Positions 13,028 to 25,795 are shown, counted from the whole stretch's first letter. The stretch is 62,837 bases of DNA, filler included, from Collodictyon triciliatum (GCA_043381765.1; 52 parts of 52 records of this genome joined end to end with filler, not necessarily neighbours in it), one strand, 5' to 3'. Numbers and translations: made by a program. The notes: a model not told the origin generated them from the sequence alone.

Positions 13028-13282
13028 TTATTTTGGTGTGGGTATCAGTCCCACTTGGTCATCTGAAGGCGAACCAGGGGTAGGAGGAATGACACCATTT
13101 ATCATATCAAGAACATATTGATATATGTTATCGGGTCCCAAATTCAATTTAAATGGGTTGTCCTGTATTTTAAGGCCAGATGCCATGTGCGCCAAGTAAA
13201 AGCCTCGAATGCATTCGCTTTGTGATGGAAAAGAAATCATATTGCAATATCCGTCAAATGAATATTCGTGGTATTTTATTAT
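13028..13282 (-). CDS. C-terminal part of a hypothetical protein (virus-like contig)
   Basis: Frame open from the contig edge: IIKYHEYSFDGYCNMISFPSQSEC...GLIPTPK then stop. Confidence 0.5.
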   Translation of the reverse strand: MIKYHEYSFDGYCNMISFPSQSECIRGFYLAHMASGLKIQDNPFKLNLGPDNIYQYVLDMINGVIPPTPGSPSDDQVGLIPTPK

Positions 13283-13869
13283 NNNNNNNNNNNNNNNNNN
13301 NNNNNNNNNNNNNNNNNNNNNNNNNNTTAATTAATTAANNNNNNNNNNNNNNNNNNNNNNNNNNNNNNNNNNNNNNNNNNNNAAAAGAAGAAATGAAAAG
13401 AAGAAATGAAAAGAAGAAATGAAAAGAAGAAATGAAAAGAAGAAATGAAAAGAAGAAATGAAAAGAAGAAATGAAAAGAAGAAATGAAAAGAAGAATAAA
13501 ATAATTGAAAGCGTCAGATGTGTAGAGAAAAAGACCGAATGATAAATCAAAATGACTACCATATTCATTCTTCCCATGGCATCTTCAATACGAATTTGAA
13601 GCGATCTGTCGCACTCAGGAAACATTGAGGATATCAATCCCCATAGCGGAGAGAGTTGCTGCCATCGAGTGCTGAGAGTCTGGATGGCATCCAGCTTTTT
13701 TTTTTTTTTCACAGGAAGATGAGTTCATTTGTTCAGTACGTCTAATTACACAGTTCTCAACATATGATATCCTTTTTTAAAATATTTTTTCAACCAAATC
13801 TTCGGAAAACCTTATTGATGATCATTTTAAAAAAATTCTTGGAAGTTTGATTTTCATATGTTGGAACTT

Positions 13870-14281
13870 ACTCTATCATCAGCAACGCGGACATCCTCTG
13901 TTACCGGAACATGGAAAAAATTGCGACGCAGACAAGGGAGGTACTTGGGAGGGATATTAAGACAGGAATCCAACCCTATGCCATCCTTTGCAAAAATTGA
14001 CAAGGAGTGTGCAAATATTTTTCTTATCTAGGCGATGTAAAGTATATATTAATATTCTTCATTTTTTCTAATGGCAAGACACGGAATTTACAAAGGCATC
14101 GAATGGAGCGATTGGTATATAAAATAAATTCTCCATGAATTGGAGTAATGTTGGAATCAGAGAATTCCAAACCTCCCGTTCATGTAGCTCTGGAAATACT
14201 TGATTTATGACTGTCATAAACTCTGTTCTAGTAAGCAGCCCGTCTTGGTCTGAATCCATGTTTTGAAAGAATGTGTACAGC
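13870..14281 (-). CDS. EF-hand-containing protein, internal exons
   Basis: FFQNMDSDQDGLLTRTEFMTVINQ is a canonical DxDxDGxLxxxEF loop. Confidence 0.7.
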
Positions 14282-14598
14282 TAAATTATCAACATGTTGT
14301 AAATAAATAGTACCGATATTTTAATTTCTATGTCTCTTACAATTTCCTGAGTACTATTTTCTCTTATTCTGTTATTAAAAGATAAAATATAAAAGATAGA
14401 TAAAAGATAGATAAAAGATAGATAAAAGATAGATAAAAGATAGATAAAAGATAGATAAAAGATAGATAAAAGATAGATAAAAGATAGATAAAAGATNNNN
14501 NNNNNNNNNNNNNNNNNNNNNNNNNNNNNNNNNNNNNNNNTTAATTAATTAANNNNNNNNNNNNNNNNNNNNNNNNNNNNNNNNNNNNNNNNNNNNTT

Positions 14599-14742
14599 TT
14601 ACAAACATGCAACACAAGCAAAGAGGCTGTTTACAAGCTGCGTGACAGGGCTTTCCTGAATGAAAGCGCAGATAATACATCGGTTGTAGCACTACGCTTT
14701 GTGAACGAAAGTTTTCGATCATGTTCCTCTCATTCTCGTTGA
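14599..14742 (+). CDS. PP2C/PPM phosphatase domain, C-terminal end
   Basis: KEAVYKLRDRAFLNESADNTSVVAL matches the PP2C motif A..L...A....S.DN.SV. Confidence 0.75.
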   Translation, partial: LQTCNTSKEAVYKLRDRAFLNESADNTSVVALRFVNESFRSCSSHSR

Positions 14743-16827
14743 TATCTGTGACTTAACAATTTCCATCACATCCCATATTAATCTACATGCCCATCAATCA
14801 CCTTTCCTCTCTACATCCCATCGCATTCTTTCCTGACCTGGAGCACACATCTACCAGTCATGTCGGGTCAACATGAAGTTGATCTTATAAACCTTGCGTG
14901 TTTTGCAATAAGAGACTGTTATTAAAGAGATTCTGTCCGGGTGATTTATGTGGGGAGATATATTTTTCTTCTATTATTCGACATCACAACAGGGTTCGCA
15001 TCGGAAATGGACGCTCGCAATAATAAAGTGGGCGTTTGCATGATAATGTTGAGGTTGGTTCTTTTAAAGGGTGTTAGTAGATTACATTTACAGGTGTATG
15101 ATTTGTAGGTAATTCAAATTTTGCTTTTTTTTCTACAAATGAAAAGAAGAAATGGTAGGGAGAAGAGACACTTGCGATAGTGATAAAGAGGGCGCATATA
15201 GAAATAAAGAGGATATTAAATATCGTGGGAGTAGAGAAGGGGCATGTGCATCAGACACTAGAAAACACCATGGAATGTGTCACTGTCTGGTGATGTGATG
15301 TTGTTTGGGGTTGGAGCCCGCGACCTGCGAAAGAAGTTCCTGAATCCGGAGCCGATCTTGGAAACAGAAGAAGAGCGAATAACCGTATCGTTGTTCACTC
15401 TTGCAGATGAGCCTGTAGGTAGGAGAAAAGACGGCAAACATTTACAATCAATTTGGGAGAGAATTTATATAGGACAGTTTCTCATGATTCAAGAGCATAG
15501 ATTGTAAAACAGCGATGAAGGCAAAATGAACATGAGTAAAAAAAAGAAACGAATTTAGGTGCATCGAAATCCTTTGTAGAAGTGAAAAGTGCTGACAAAG
15601 TGTTTGTCCCTTGCTAGTAACATGGTAATGATTTTCTCCTGTTGTTTTACCTCCGGATGGTGGTGTCGGACAGGCCGGTGAGGGCGACCTGTTGATTGGT
15701 TTCAATGGGGNNNNNNNNNNNNNNNNNNNNNNNNNNNNNNNNNNNNNNNNNNNNTTAATTAATTAANNNNNNNNNNNNNNNNNNNNNNNNNNNNNNNNNN
15801 NNNNNNNNNNAAAGAAAAAGAAAAGAAAAAGAAAAAGAAAAAGAAAAAGAAAAAGAAAAAGAAAAAGAAAAAGAAAAAGAAAAAGAAAAAGAAAAAGAAA
15901 AAGAAAAAGAAAAAGAAAAAGAAAAAGAAAAGAAAATATTTTATAGGTGGAAATACCTCAGCATATTCATATCCCGTCTTCTTTTCAAGGGATACTGATA
16001 GTAATGATTCCCATAAATTAAACGAAACTGCTATCATTTTCTCCAAAAGCGTTGTGTCTTTCTCCGCTGAATACATATATTGAGGAGATTAATGGTGTTA
16101 TAAAAACGAAGCATCTAGAGGTAGAAAAGCGTAGGGGTGCCGCAATAGATTGAACTGTATGGACAGAAACCTTCCAGGACTCTTTCTTCTTCCTCTTCAT
16201 TATCTTTAGTTTGACTGGGAGTATTACTCTTCACTGGTCTCTTTCTCTTCAGTTTTGGTAGTTGTTTCTAAACGTTATTTACAAAATCGCATTTGATTTT
16301 ATTGACTAAATCTAGGAATATGATAAAATCATAATCATTATTCTCTAAAATATCCAAATAGGCTTATAATTTGATCTCTGGTAAATCATCGAAATATGTT
16401 TCTGATATAAAGTTCTATGAGAAAACAGGATAAGGCAAAACAAAAAAAAAAAGCTAAGCAAAACAAAAGGAACTGATAAATGAAAAGAAAATACAAATAT
16501 ACAAAAAAACCCGAAGGAAGGACACAATTACTTAAAAATGTAACAAATAAAAAAAAATCATGAACATTACGAAGACCTGATGCACTTTTGCTCTCACAGA
16601 GGGCGATGTAACCAAGCTTTGAAACACTTTTCGGTACAAACCTTCAGCAAGTGTGTATACCGAAGAGTGCGGCACATGTTTTCTTATCACACTGATGAAT
16701 ATGTTTTTTTTTTTTTTTAATATTCCAGTTGATACTGATACTGATACTGATACTGATACTGATACTGATACTGATACTGATACTGATACTGATACTGATA
16801 CTGATACTGATGCTAATAATGCTAAAA

Positions 16828-16924
<97 letters not shown>

Positions 16925-18101
16925 NNNNNNNNNNNNNNNNNNNNNNNNNNNNNNNNNNNNNNNNNNNNTTAATTAATTAANNNNNNNNNNNNNNNNNNNN
17001 NNNNNNNNNNNNNNNNNNNNNNNNACTTGTCGCGGGTGGATGCATCATTCAACTTTCTAGTTGCTCTGCGTCTTGTTGCTTTGGAGCAATCAAATATGCT
17101 GCAGGTTTCAAATTGCATATATTTCATTACTGGGCGAGTTAAAATTCGTTCATGTGATAATTACATCACTCAAAAAACGGGTCAAGGAAATTAAAAACCT
17201 GTACATCAACAACAGAGAAAGTTCATTACCAGGGTCCTAAATGATCAAAATCTACCTAAAAGTATCGAGGCTATATCAAGAACTCATCTTTCCAAGGTAT
17301 ATACAAATCACACCAAATCAAATATCAATAATACATCTAATTTAGCATATCTGATAATTTTTCCATTCTAATTTTTCTTCTGGTGGTATACTTTCCACAG
17401 ATATTGAACCAGATGAAAGATGAAATCAAGGTTTTTTCCCTGGAATTTGATACGCATATACTAGTCTATAATTCAAGACTTGGGGCTTTTTTTCCAGCAC
17501 ATATTTTTTTTATTCATATAAATTTCTATAGGAACCACAGGTATCGGGTATGGAAAAAGGAGGCGTTATGATGAATCTTCAATTGCTTCAAAACTGTGAA
17601 ATCGCGATATTGAATTCCTTGATAGAGGAGTACAAATAAAACCATGTCAATAAGAGAGATGCGTTTACCCATCAGGAAATTACTCAGAATGGTGTGTTAA
17701 CACACACACTGCTTCTAAAATTAGAAAATAAACAGCATAACTCGCAATATACGCACAAATACAGCTATCATATTTTTTCTTACAGTCCTCACGAACATAT
17801 AAATTAGGACGCCAAAAAAAAAAAAATAATTAAACAAGTGTCCTACATCATTATGTTCAGGTGCACTGTACTGTGTCATAAAAGAAATAAATTTATTGGC
17901 GTATGAATCTTATCGATGAATCAATAAATTAATCATCATTTTTTCTTTCTGTGATTCACCCCACAAATCATGTCAGCCAATAAAATGGGTTTTGTCAAGG
18001 CGACTCCCTTCCCACCTACAAACAGCGCATAATCTTATCATATATTTTAGCAACTAGATGTACGTGCGGTTTTGAAGGAAGCATGTTTTCGTCATTCTTA
18101 C

Positions 18102-18138
<37 letters not shown>

Positions 18139-18979
18139 NNNNNNNNNNNNNNNNNNNNNNNNNNNNNNNNNNNNNNNNNNNNTTAATTAATTAANNNNNN
18201 NNNNNNNNNNNNNNNNNNNNNNNNNNNNNNNNNNNNNNGAGAAGGGTATAGTATATTTTTGAAAACTATTTGGCTTTTGATTCTTTGTGAAAAAAAAAAA
18301 ACAAAAAAACTGCACCAAATAAACTGCGCAGCGACAAAGCTGTTGGGACGAGCGTTATCGTGTCTATTTGCTAGACAGCTCGGGGGAGCAATATTCGCAC
18401 GAGAAGAGTACTCGACTTTGTTTTATGTCGATAGAATAGGCAGCCGATCAGAGGAAAGAAAAAAGACAATATAAGGTAGCGAAGAAAAGAATAACGAAGA
18501 ATTTGTGAGCAAGAAAACCAATCCTTGGCAAAAGTTTAAATAGATCTTCCCCTTGCCGTGTTCCTCAACCACACGCGGTTAACATCCCTTGTCTCCCTGA
18601 CGTTGAGTGCTTTTTTGAGGGGATTCAATCTGCGGTATGACATACAAAATATATATATAAAAATTGTAGAAACTTTTTATATCATGGGTTGTGCTCAAAG
18701 ATGGAAGGTAGATATCTCCTTCCATAAGCGTCTTTTTCGTATATATAGTATGATTACGCGGTTCTCAGAAAGCAGATATCCTCACGCAAAGGGGATAAGC
18801 ACGTCGTCCGCGCAAGTCGTGTGTGGTATGTGTTCTATGCGATTGTGTGCTCCAGCCTTCAAGATGGAGAGAGTGTGTGCTTCAAAGCCTAAATACTTCT
18901 AGCTATCACACATCCATATTCTTTCCTTTAATCTTACTCTCAGTTTGTGCAAGATAGTGGAGATATAGGCTTTGATTCT

Positions 18980-19352
18980 CTAGCCTTTGTTCGCATGGAC
19001 GCTACTTGTTGGCCGGGTGGCAGAGAAGTAGTCCGTAATCAGGAATTGCATCCTGCGTTTCGGCCTGTAGCCTGGGTCTTGCGCCTGCATGAGACATACA
19101 AGGCGAGGTTGAATATCCTTATCAGCTTCTTTCCACATGTCTCTTCTCACGGGGTCGGAGTAGTAGAGAACGGGCAGGTGGCGAAGAAAGCTGTTGAGGA
19201 AAGAGATTTGTATGATGTCATCCAGCCTGTTATCAGGAATGGGTGGCTGGTTGTTGAGTCTTGCTTTGCGTGAGTATATGCACGCTATCCACATAGTCCA
19301 TAGCAAATGGCCTCGCGTCAATGCCCAGAATGTTTTTGCATCTGGACGCAGC
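18980..19352 (-). mobile_element. Non-LTR retrotransposon (L1/Tx1-like) ORF2 C-terminus, family A, ending in a PIP box
   Basis: TFWALTRGHLLWTMWIACIYSR resembles the W..W region after the LINE ORF2 zinc knuckle; homologous at protein level to the copies at 34540 and 58810. Confidence 0.6.
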
Positions 19353-19590
19353 NNNNNNNNNNNNNNNNNNNNNNNNNNNNNNNNNNNNNNNNNNNNTTAA
19401 TTAATTAANNNNNNNNNNNNNNNNNNNNNNNNNNNNNNNNNNNNNNNNNNNNAAAAACAAAAACAAAAACAAAAACAAAAACAAAAACAAAAACAAAAAC
19501 AAAAACAAAAACAAAAACAAAAACAAAAACAAAAACAAAAACAAAAACATGAATAAATAAATATATATATATATAAATCGATAGTCAAAC

Positions 19591-20412
19591 CTTTCAAATC
19601 GCGATGCAGAATCTTTCGTTTGTGAAGATAGTTAAGACCTGAAAGCATTTGCTTGACGTAGCTTTTGATCTGTCCTTCAGAGAAGGTGGCGACACCAGGC
19701 TTTATCATCAGCCCCGCCAAATCATGGTCCAGATATTCGAATACAAGATATGCAATCCCACGGGATAGCTCGATAGGATCTTTAGCAAGGGAGCGATTTT
19801 ACATTCGAAGACCAAACAACGGATGAAAACAATCGTTTTTATTTTCTTATTCTTCAAAACCAACAGGTCAAATAGAATGAAAAAATTATATAAAACCAAC
19901 AATATATTATTAAAAATAAAGTATTTTAAACTCCATGTTAAAGAGGAGTTTAAAATGACGGAGCAAAATCATGTGATTTAATCATACCACTAGGGGATAC
20001 AATTTCGATCAGTTTGACTACATGTTCGTTGGTCATTTCCTTAAGGATTTGAATCTCTCTAATTGCGGTGATTGGAAACTACATATTTTATATAAAAATG
20101 GGATACTAATACTTTGGTTATGTATTGCGTCTTAAATGCATGATGTTCGTCATAAAAGGAGTGGATGTTAATATATTTATTTTGTAACACTTTGAATCGA
20201 ATAAAGGAAAAAAATATTTATTTTGTAACAATCGTTCAAACGAATAGGAAAGTTTCAAAAGTGCAATTATATTTATTTCCCCTCGTGTATAGGTCAAAAA
20301 TGCATATAAGATCGAATCAAGGAGTACCCCTTCTCTCTCATGCTCAACATGTATTTTTTTCAAAGCGACGAGTTGCTTGGTGGCCTTGTTCATCGCCTTG
20401 TATACTGTCCTG
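19591..20412 (-). CDS. Cyclin-dependent kinase, CDK9/12/13 (CdkC) class, spliced N-lobe
   Basis: VYKA...VALKKI...EG, FPITAIREIQIL, YLVFEYLDHDLAGL...QIKSYVKQMLSGLNYLHKRKILHRDLK. Confidence 0.93.
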
Positions 20413-20478
20413 AAATGTGGATGAAATATTAAATATGACGATGGCGAAAATAGCAATAGCAATAGCAATAGCAATAGC

Positions 20479-20565
<87 letters not shown>

Positions 20566-21718
20566 NNNNNNNNNNNNNNNNNNNNNNNNNNNNNNNNNNN
20601 NNNNNNNNNTTAATTAATTAANNNNNNNNNNNNNNNNNNNNNNNNNNNNNNNNNNNNNNNNNNNNCTTTTTTTTCTCTTTTTTTTTCTCTTTTTTTTCTC
20701 TTTTTTTTCTCTTTTTTTTCTCTTTTTTTTCTCTTTTTTTTTCTCTTTTTTTTCTCTTTTTTTCTCTTTCGGCCGGGCAGAGACTCCTGACCTGCTCCAC
20801 CGTTCTGCCCCTGGCCGAACTCCCTGTCAACAGATTGAAGCAAACCAAAACAAAATGGTGCAATAATTGTTCCCGGTGCTTCATTTGGGTGTGTGTTGGT
20901 TGTGTGTTGGTTATGCTTTGTCGTCAAGAGTAGAAAAGTCTATTCGATGCTCTGGAAAGTCGGGTTGCGGTGTTCGGCCATTCAATTGAGCTACCTCTGT
21001 ATCACTTGATTTATTTAATCATGTTCATCTTTTTTTTCTTTTCTACTTTTATTATCTTAAAAGCAAGGAGGAAGGTCAGTCTAGACGGATTTCAGGAGAC
21101 GCCTCGAAATTATCGGTGCTGCTCCCTTTCATCGGCGAGCAGGGCTCTGACTGGAATGGCAATGCCTGGCGAAAATGGTGGTAAGAAAGCCTTAACAGGG
21201 ATTCATATTTGTTCTCTTATTATTTTCCAAAGTAGTAGCACATTCTTTTTATTTGACTGTATATGTGCGTATATATTTTATGTGTGTGTGGGTGAGTGAG
21301 TGGGTGCTTGTAGGTGTGAGTGTGTTCCTGTTGCGTCTAAAGTGCATACCCTCTGCGAGCCACTCGATTGTTGACTCATACCTGGAGATGACAATAGAGT
21401 AGATTAGAGGATGAATAGAAACCACCAAATACATCCAATATCCCCACTCGAAAAATATTTAATAGAAATGAATATATCATATGAGAACCTGTTTCTTTTT
21501 TTTTTCTTTTATTATTATCTCGAATTTGGCCCTCCAAACCTTCATTTCGTTGCCTCTTTGATGATGTGGGTGTTATAAACGAGTTTTCTTGCTGTGTACA
21601 TCTGGAGTTTATTTCGTTCATGTAATCATCCAGTAGTTTTTTTTGCTTTTGCATGGCGTCCAGAAATTCCTGTCGGTATGCTCACTATTTTAATGTATGC
21701 TTATATCATCCGAAGGCT

Positions 21719-21761
<43 letters not shown>

Positions 21762-21879
21762 TTTTTTTTTTTTTTTTTNNNNNNNNNNNNNNNNNNNNNN
21801 NNNNNNNNNNNNNNNNNNNNNNTTAATTAATTAANNNNNNNNNNNNNNNNNNNNNNNNNNNNNNNNNNNNNNNNNNNNT

Positions 21880-22991
21880 GCTCCAACTCTTTTATTTGGT
21901 GACTCGACGGTACCGCAATCAGGTATTTGGGGTACAGATGGGTCTATTAGAATTGGAACAGATGGTGTAGAAAGGTTTAATATTGGTAACACGGGCGCGA
22001 CTCTTACAGGCAATCTAGTTATGGCCGGAACTAACGGCGGCATTGGTGTTTTGCAAAATACAATAGGTAATAATCCTAATTCAGGGTTGTATTCAACAAC
22101 AAGCACTAATTCAGGCATTCGATTTTCAGACACTAATTCCAATTTTCGTGTATTATGCAATAATATGAATGTGTTAGACTGTACCCAGCAATCTACTGAA
22201 GGTATTGTAAGTATAGAAGAGGGCCTATTAGTGAAAAAAACTTTCCGAACGCCATTTTCGACCCAAGGTCACACAGCCAGTTTTATAACAACAACGACCT
22301 CTATGATGATAAGAATTGATATAAGCAATAATCAACCAGGCGCTATCGCTTTACCCTTTTTACAAAATAGAGCAAATGGCCAACAACATATCATTATTCC
22401 TTTCAAAAGTTCTACTAATACAGGCACGTTCTTTATATGGACTAGTAATACGGTAGGAGTTGAAATTCACATAATGAATAATTCAACAAGAACTGTTGTC
22501 TCAGGAACTACACAATTTCAATTATTTGAAGGTGGGGTATACACTTGTGTATGGCATTGGATTTCTTCAACTACTGGAATTTGGTATGTTTGGATTAACG
22601 GAATACCACCTACTAGTGTTCCCGATCCGTTTGTAGTTGGTACGTTTATAGATTTTGTCTCCCAAAATTCAGGTGCTAGAATACAGGGAGTAAATTCAGG
22701 AGCAGCCTCTACTGTGGGTATGGTTCTTAATACAACATTAACTACTAACTTTACCGTGAATGATACCGAAGTTCAAAATTCGCTACGATTGTTTAAAGCG
22801 CCGATTACCGATTTTATAATACACGACAGCGGAACGCACAATGTGAGTCGAAATTCACCAAATAAAATCGTATTGACAAAACAGTCATCGGGATCTTCAA
22901 ATGCAGTAATTATATTTCCAGTAAGTACTGATGTCCCGAATGGACTAGAAATTCAAGTATTTGTCTGGATGTTGCCAAATAGAAATGGAAC
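21880..22991 (+). CDS. Intron-less G/T/S/N-rich beta-strand protein, virion-fibre / tail-fibre-like (open across the whole contig)
   Basis: About 370 codons with no stop; APTLLFGDS..SGIWG.DGSIRIGTDGVERFNI resembles viral fibre repeats. Confidence 0.5.
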
Positions 22992-23561
22992 NNNNNNNNN
23001 NNNNNNNNNNNNNNNNNNNNNNNNNNNNNNNNNNNTTAATTAATTAANNNNNNNNNNNNNNNNNNNNNNNNNNNNNNNNNNNNNNNNNNNNTGCCGAAAT
23101 ATGCCACAATCTGAGGATTTCGAGCGAATATGATACACTAGTGAACTTTATGAAGAGTGAAAAGGTTAAATTGTGGATTTTATTTTTATTTTTGTGACAT
23201 ATGTTGTAATATAGTCTTTAGGTCGTTGTGAGCATGCTGGATGGCAACTATCGCTTCGAATTTTATGAATGCTGGAGAGCGCTGAATAAGAACGGTTATG
23301 ACCATAAAGTTGTCTATCGTGAGTTGGCCAAGGTGATAAAACTCAATTACATATGTCAATAATGAATTTATTTTAATGGATATGCACAACAGCAACTGAA
23401 TTCTGCTGGCTCTGAGTTGGTTAAGTACTTTCTAGAAATTCAAGAGAATGTCTTTTTGATTCCGATTCTTGAGCACCGCATTTCTGTTGAGACGGATGAG
23501 GGTTTGGCCATTTGATTTGGATTTTATGGGTGTGTTGCTAACTTTTGGTTTATCTTTATTA

Positions 23562-24175
23562 GGTTCGAACAGCAAAAATCTGAATTATCTGGGAATTGTT
23601 TACAGTGACCTTGGAAAGTATATTTTATTTGATTATGTATTTATATTTATCGTTCGTTAACTTATTATTTAATAGGTATGACAAAGCTCTGGAGTACTAC
23701 CACAAATCATTGGAAATCCGACTGAAAGTGTTTGGAGAAATCCACCCTGATGTTGCCGCTTCATATAATAACATGGGACTGGTTTACGATAACCTTGGAA
23801 AGTATGTTTTATTTGATCATGTGTATATGTTTATTTATCATTTAATTGGCTTATTATTTAATAGGAATGATAAAGCTCTGGAGTACCACCACAAATCAGT
23901 GGAAATTCGACTGAAAGTGTTTGGAGAAATCCACCCTGATATTGCCACTTCATATAATAATATTGGAATAGTTTATCGTAAACTTGGAAAGTATCTTTTA
24001 TTTGATTATCTGGTAGTGTTTATCCTTTCATTAACTGATCGTTTAATAGGTATGACAAAGCACTGGAGTACTACCACAAATCATTGGAAATTCAACTGAA
24101 GGTGTTTGGAGAAGTCCACCCTGAAGTCGCTGGGTCATATATGGGAATTGGAAACGTTTACGGTGACCTCGGAAA
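23562..24175 (+). CDS. TPR-repeat protein (42-aa kinesin-light-chain-type repeats), one repeat per exon
   Basis: YDKALEYYHKSLEIRLKVFGEIHPDVAASYNNMGLVYDNLGK repeats; exons 23676-23801, 23865-23990 and 24050-24175 are each 126 nt. Confidence 0.92.
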
Positions 24176-24303
24176 GTATCTTTTATTTGACTACGTATTT
24201 ATGNNNNNNNNNNNNNNNNNNNNNNNNNNNNNNNNNNNNNNNNNNNNTTAATTAATTAANNNNNNNNNNNNNNNNNNNNNNNNNNNNNNNNNNNNNNNNN
24301 NNN

Positions 24304-25415
24304 GCCAAACCTCATCGAGTCTCGCTTCTGTGCTACCATTGAAGGATGAGACCACTGTCATTGCACAAGGCTACACCGACGATTTGGAAGACTATCCACT
24401 TACATATTCCTTCTACGCCGTTGCAGATGTGGGGTTTTTTGGATCTTAAAATCATGCACGATTACGATAAATCGAACATCTTTACAGCCACTTTATTAAT
24501 AAATGAATATCTCTTCCTTATTAGGGCGTAAGAGTTAGCCTTCTCTACGATGACATAGTAAACTTTGTGCAAACGCGTATACCCATCACAAAATCATCCA
24601 GTGTCACCATTTTTGCTCAAGTGACTATTAAATTTTCCTCTTGCAATAACTTCATATACTTCATTTTTATTAGTTATTTATTTATAGATTGAAAATGATT
24701 TCTTTTAAAAATGTTAACATCCTGTTTTAACATATTTGATATTTGTTCGAATGAAGAATAAATATGAAGAGTAAACGAAACATGTTTCATTTCAGGTCAA
24801 GGATGTAATTGGCGATTCTACGACAGATTCTGTTACAATCCAAGTTGGCACTGTCTCAAACGTCACAGAGTTGATTTCTGGGTTGGTAGATATTGATTAC
24901 AATCTAGCAGTCAAGGCCCTCGATTACTTCAGTGCATCTAAATTGGCGTCACTTATTTTGTCAAGTTTGAACTCTGGTACGTCTTATAAAAAATTACGAC
25001 TATGCATATACTGGATTAACAGCTTTTGTGTATCTTGCAGAAATTTTGAATGAGAAGTAAAGTAAACTATCATTATATTTCTTGTCCTCAAATTCGATAA
25101 TTTTTTTTTGTTCTTAAGTCATTATTTTGCTGAAATCATTTATTTATTTTAGAAGAGGAACAGTCATCTCGTAGACAGTATCGCGACTCACTGGATACAC
25201 GAAACTATATCCTTCAGAATCAAGTAAACCATACTATTTTGTAGAATCCCAATACCATACTTAATCATGTATATCGACCTGATATACTATCAATTACTGT
25301 ATCCCGATTTAACACTTTTCTCAAATACCAGGCCCTTTCTGTCAAGAATGCCACAATCACCATGCCGTACATCCAAACGGTTCTTTCGACGCTTCTGCAG
25401 GGAACTTCTGTGTCC
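24304..25415 (+). CDS. REJ-domain (polycystin-1-like) protein, spliced internal exons
   Basis: TVIAQGYTDDLEDYPLTYSFYAV / VQTRIPITKSSSVTIFAQ / VKDVIGDSTTDSVTIQV matches REJ 'D...PL.Y.F...P....vti.v.V.D..G'. Confidence 0.6.
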
Positions 25416-25515
25416 NNNNNNNNNNNNNNNNNNNNNNNNNNNNNNNNNNNNNNNNNNNNTTAATTAATTAANNNNNNNNNNNNNNNNNNNNNNNNNNNNN
25501 NNNNNNNNNNNNNNN

Positions 25516-25762
25516 CCAGGGTTGTCAGGCCTTTCCCCAGGAAATTCGCGGCGGTGATTGTGCTCACCAGCGGGTTGGCAATTGTCTGGAATGCAGGTTT
25601 GATTCCTGTTCCCTGCAGCCCCAACTCAACCAGTCCGCCGCTCGCTCGATTCAAATCCGAGTAGGCTTTGTCTAATCGTTGCAGTTTGTTTAGTGCGTTG
25701 TCCGTGTGCCTGGTAAGAAAGCGACCAACACCTCTGCTTGCTTTTCTAACATCAACAATCAT
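25516..25762 (-). CDS. N-terminal part of a hypothetical protein, viral core/structural-like
   Basis: MIVDVRKASRGVGRFLTRHTDNALNKL...; no intron; divergent from the next ORF. Confidence 0.5.
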
Positions 25763-25795
25763 ACATTAGCCAAGAAATTTTATATAAGTTATATT
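25763..25795. promoter_or_regulatory. Candidate 33-nt bidirectional promoter containing TATATAA
   Basis: Only 33 nt separate the two divergent ATGs; TTTTATATAAG lies centrally. Confidence 0.4.
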
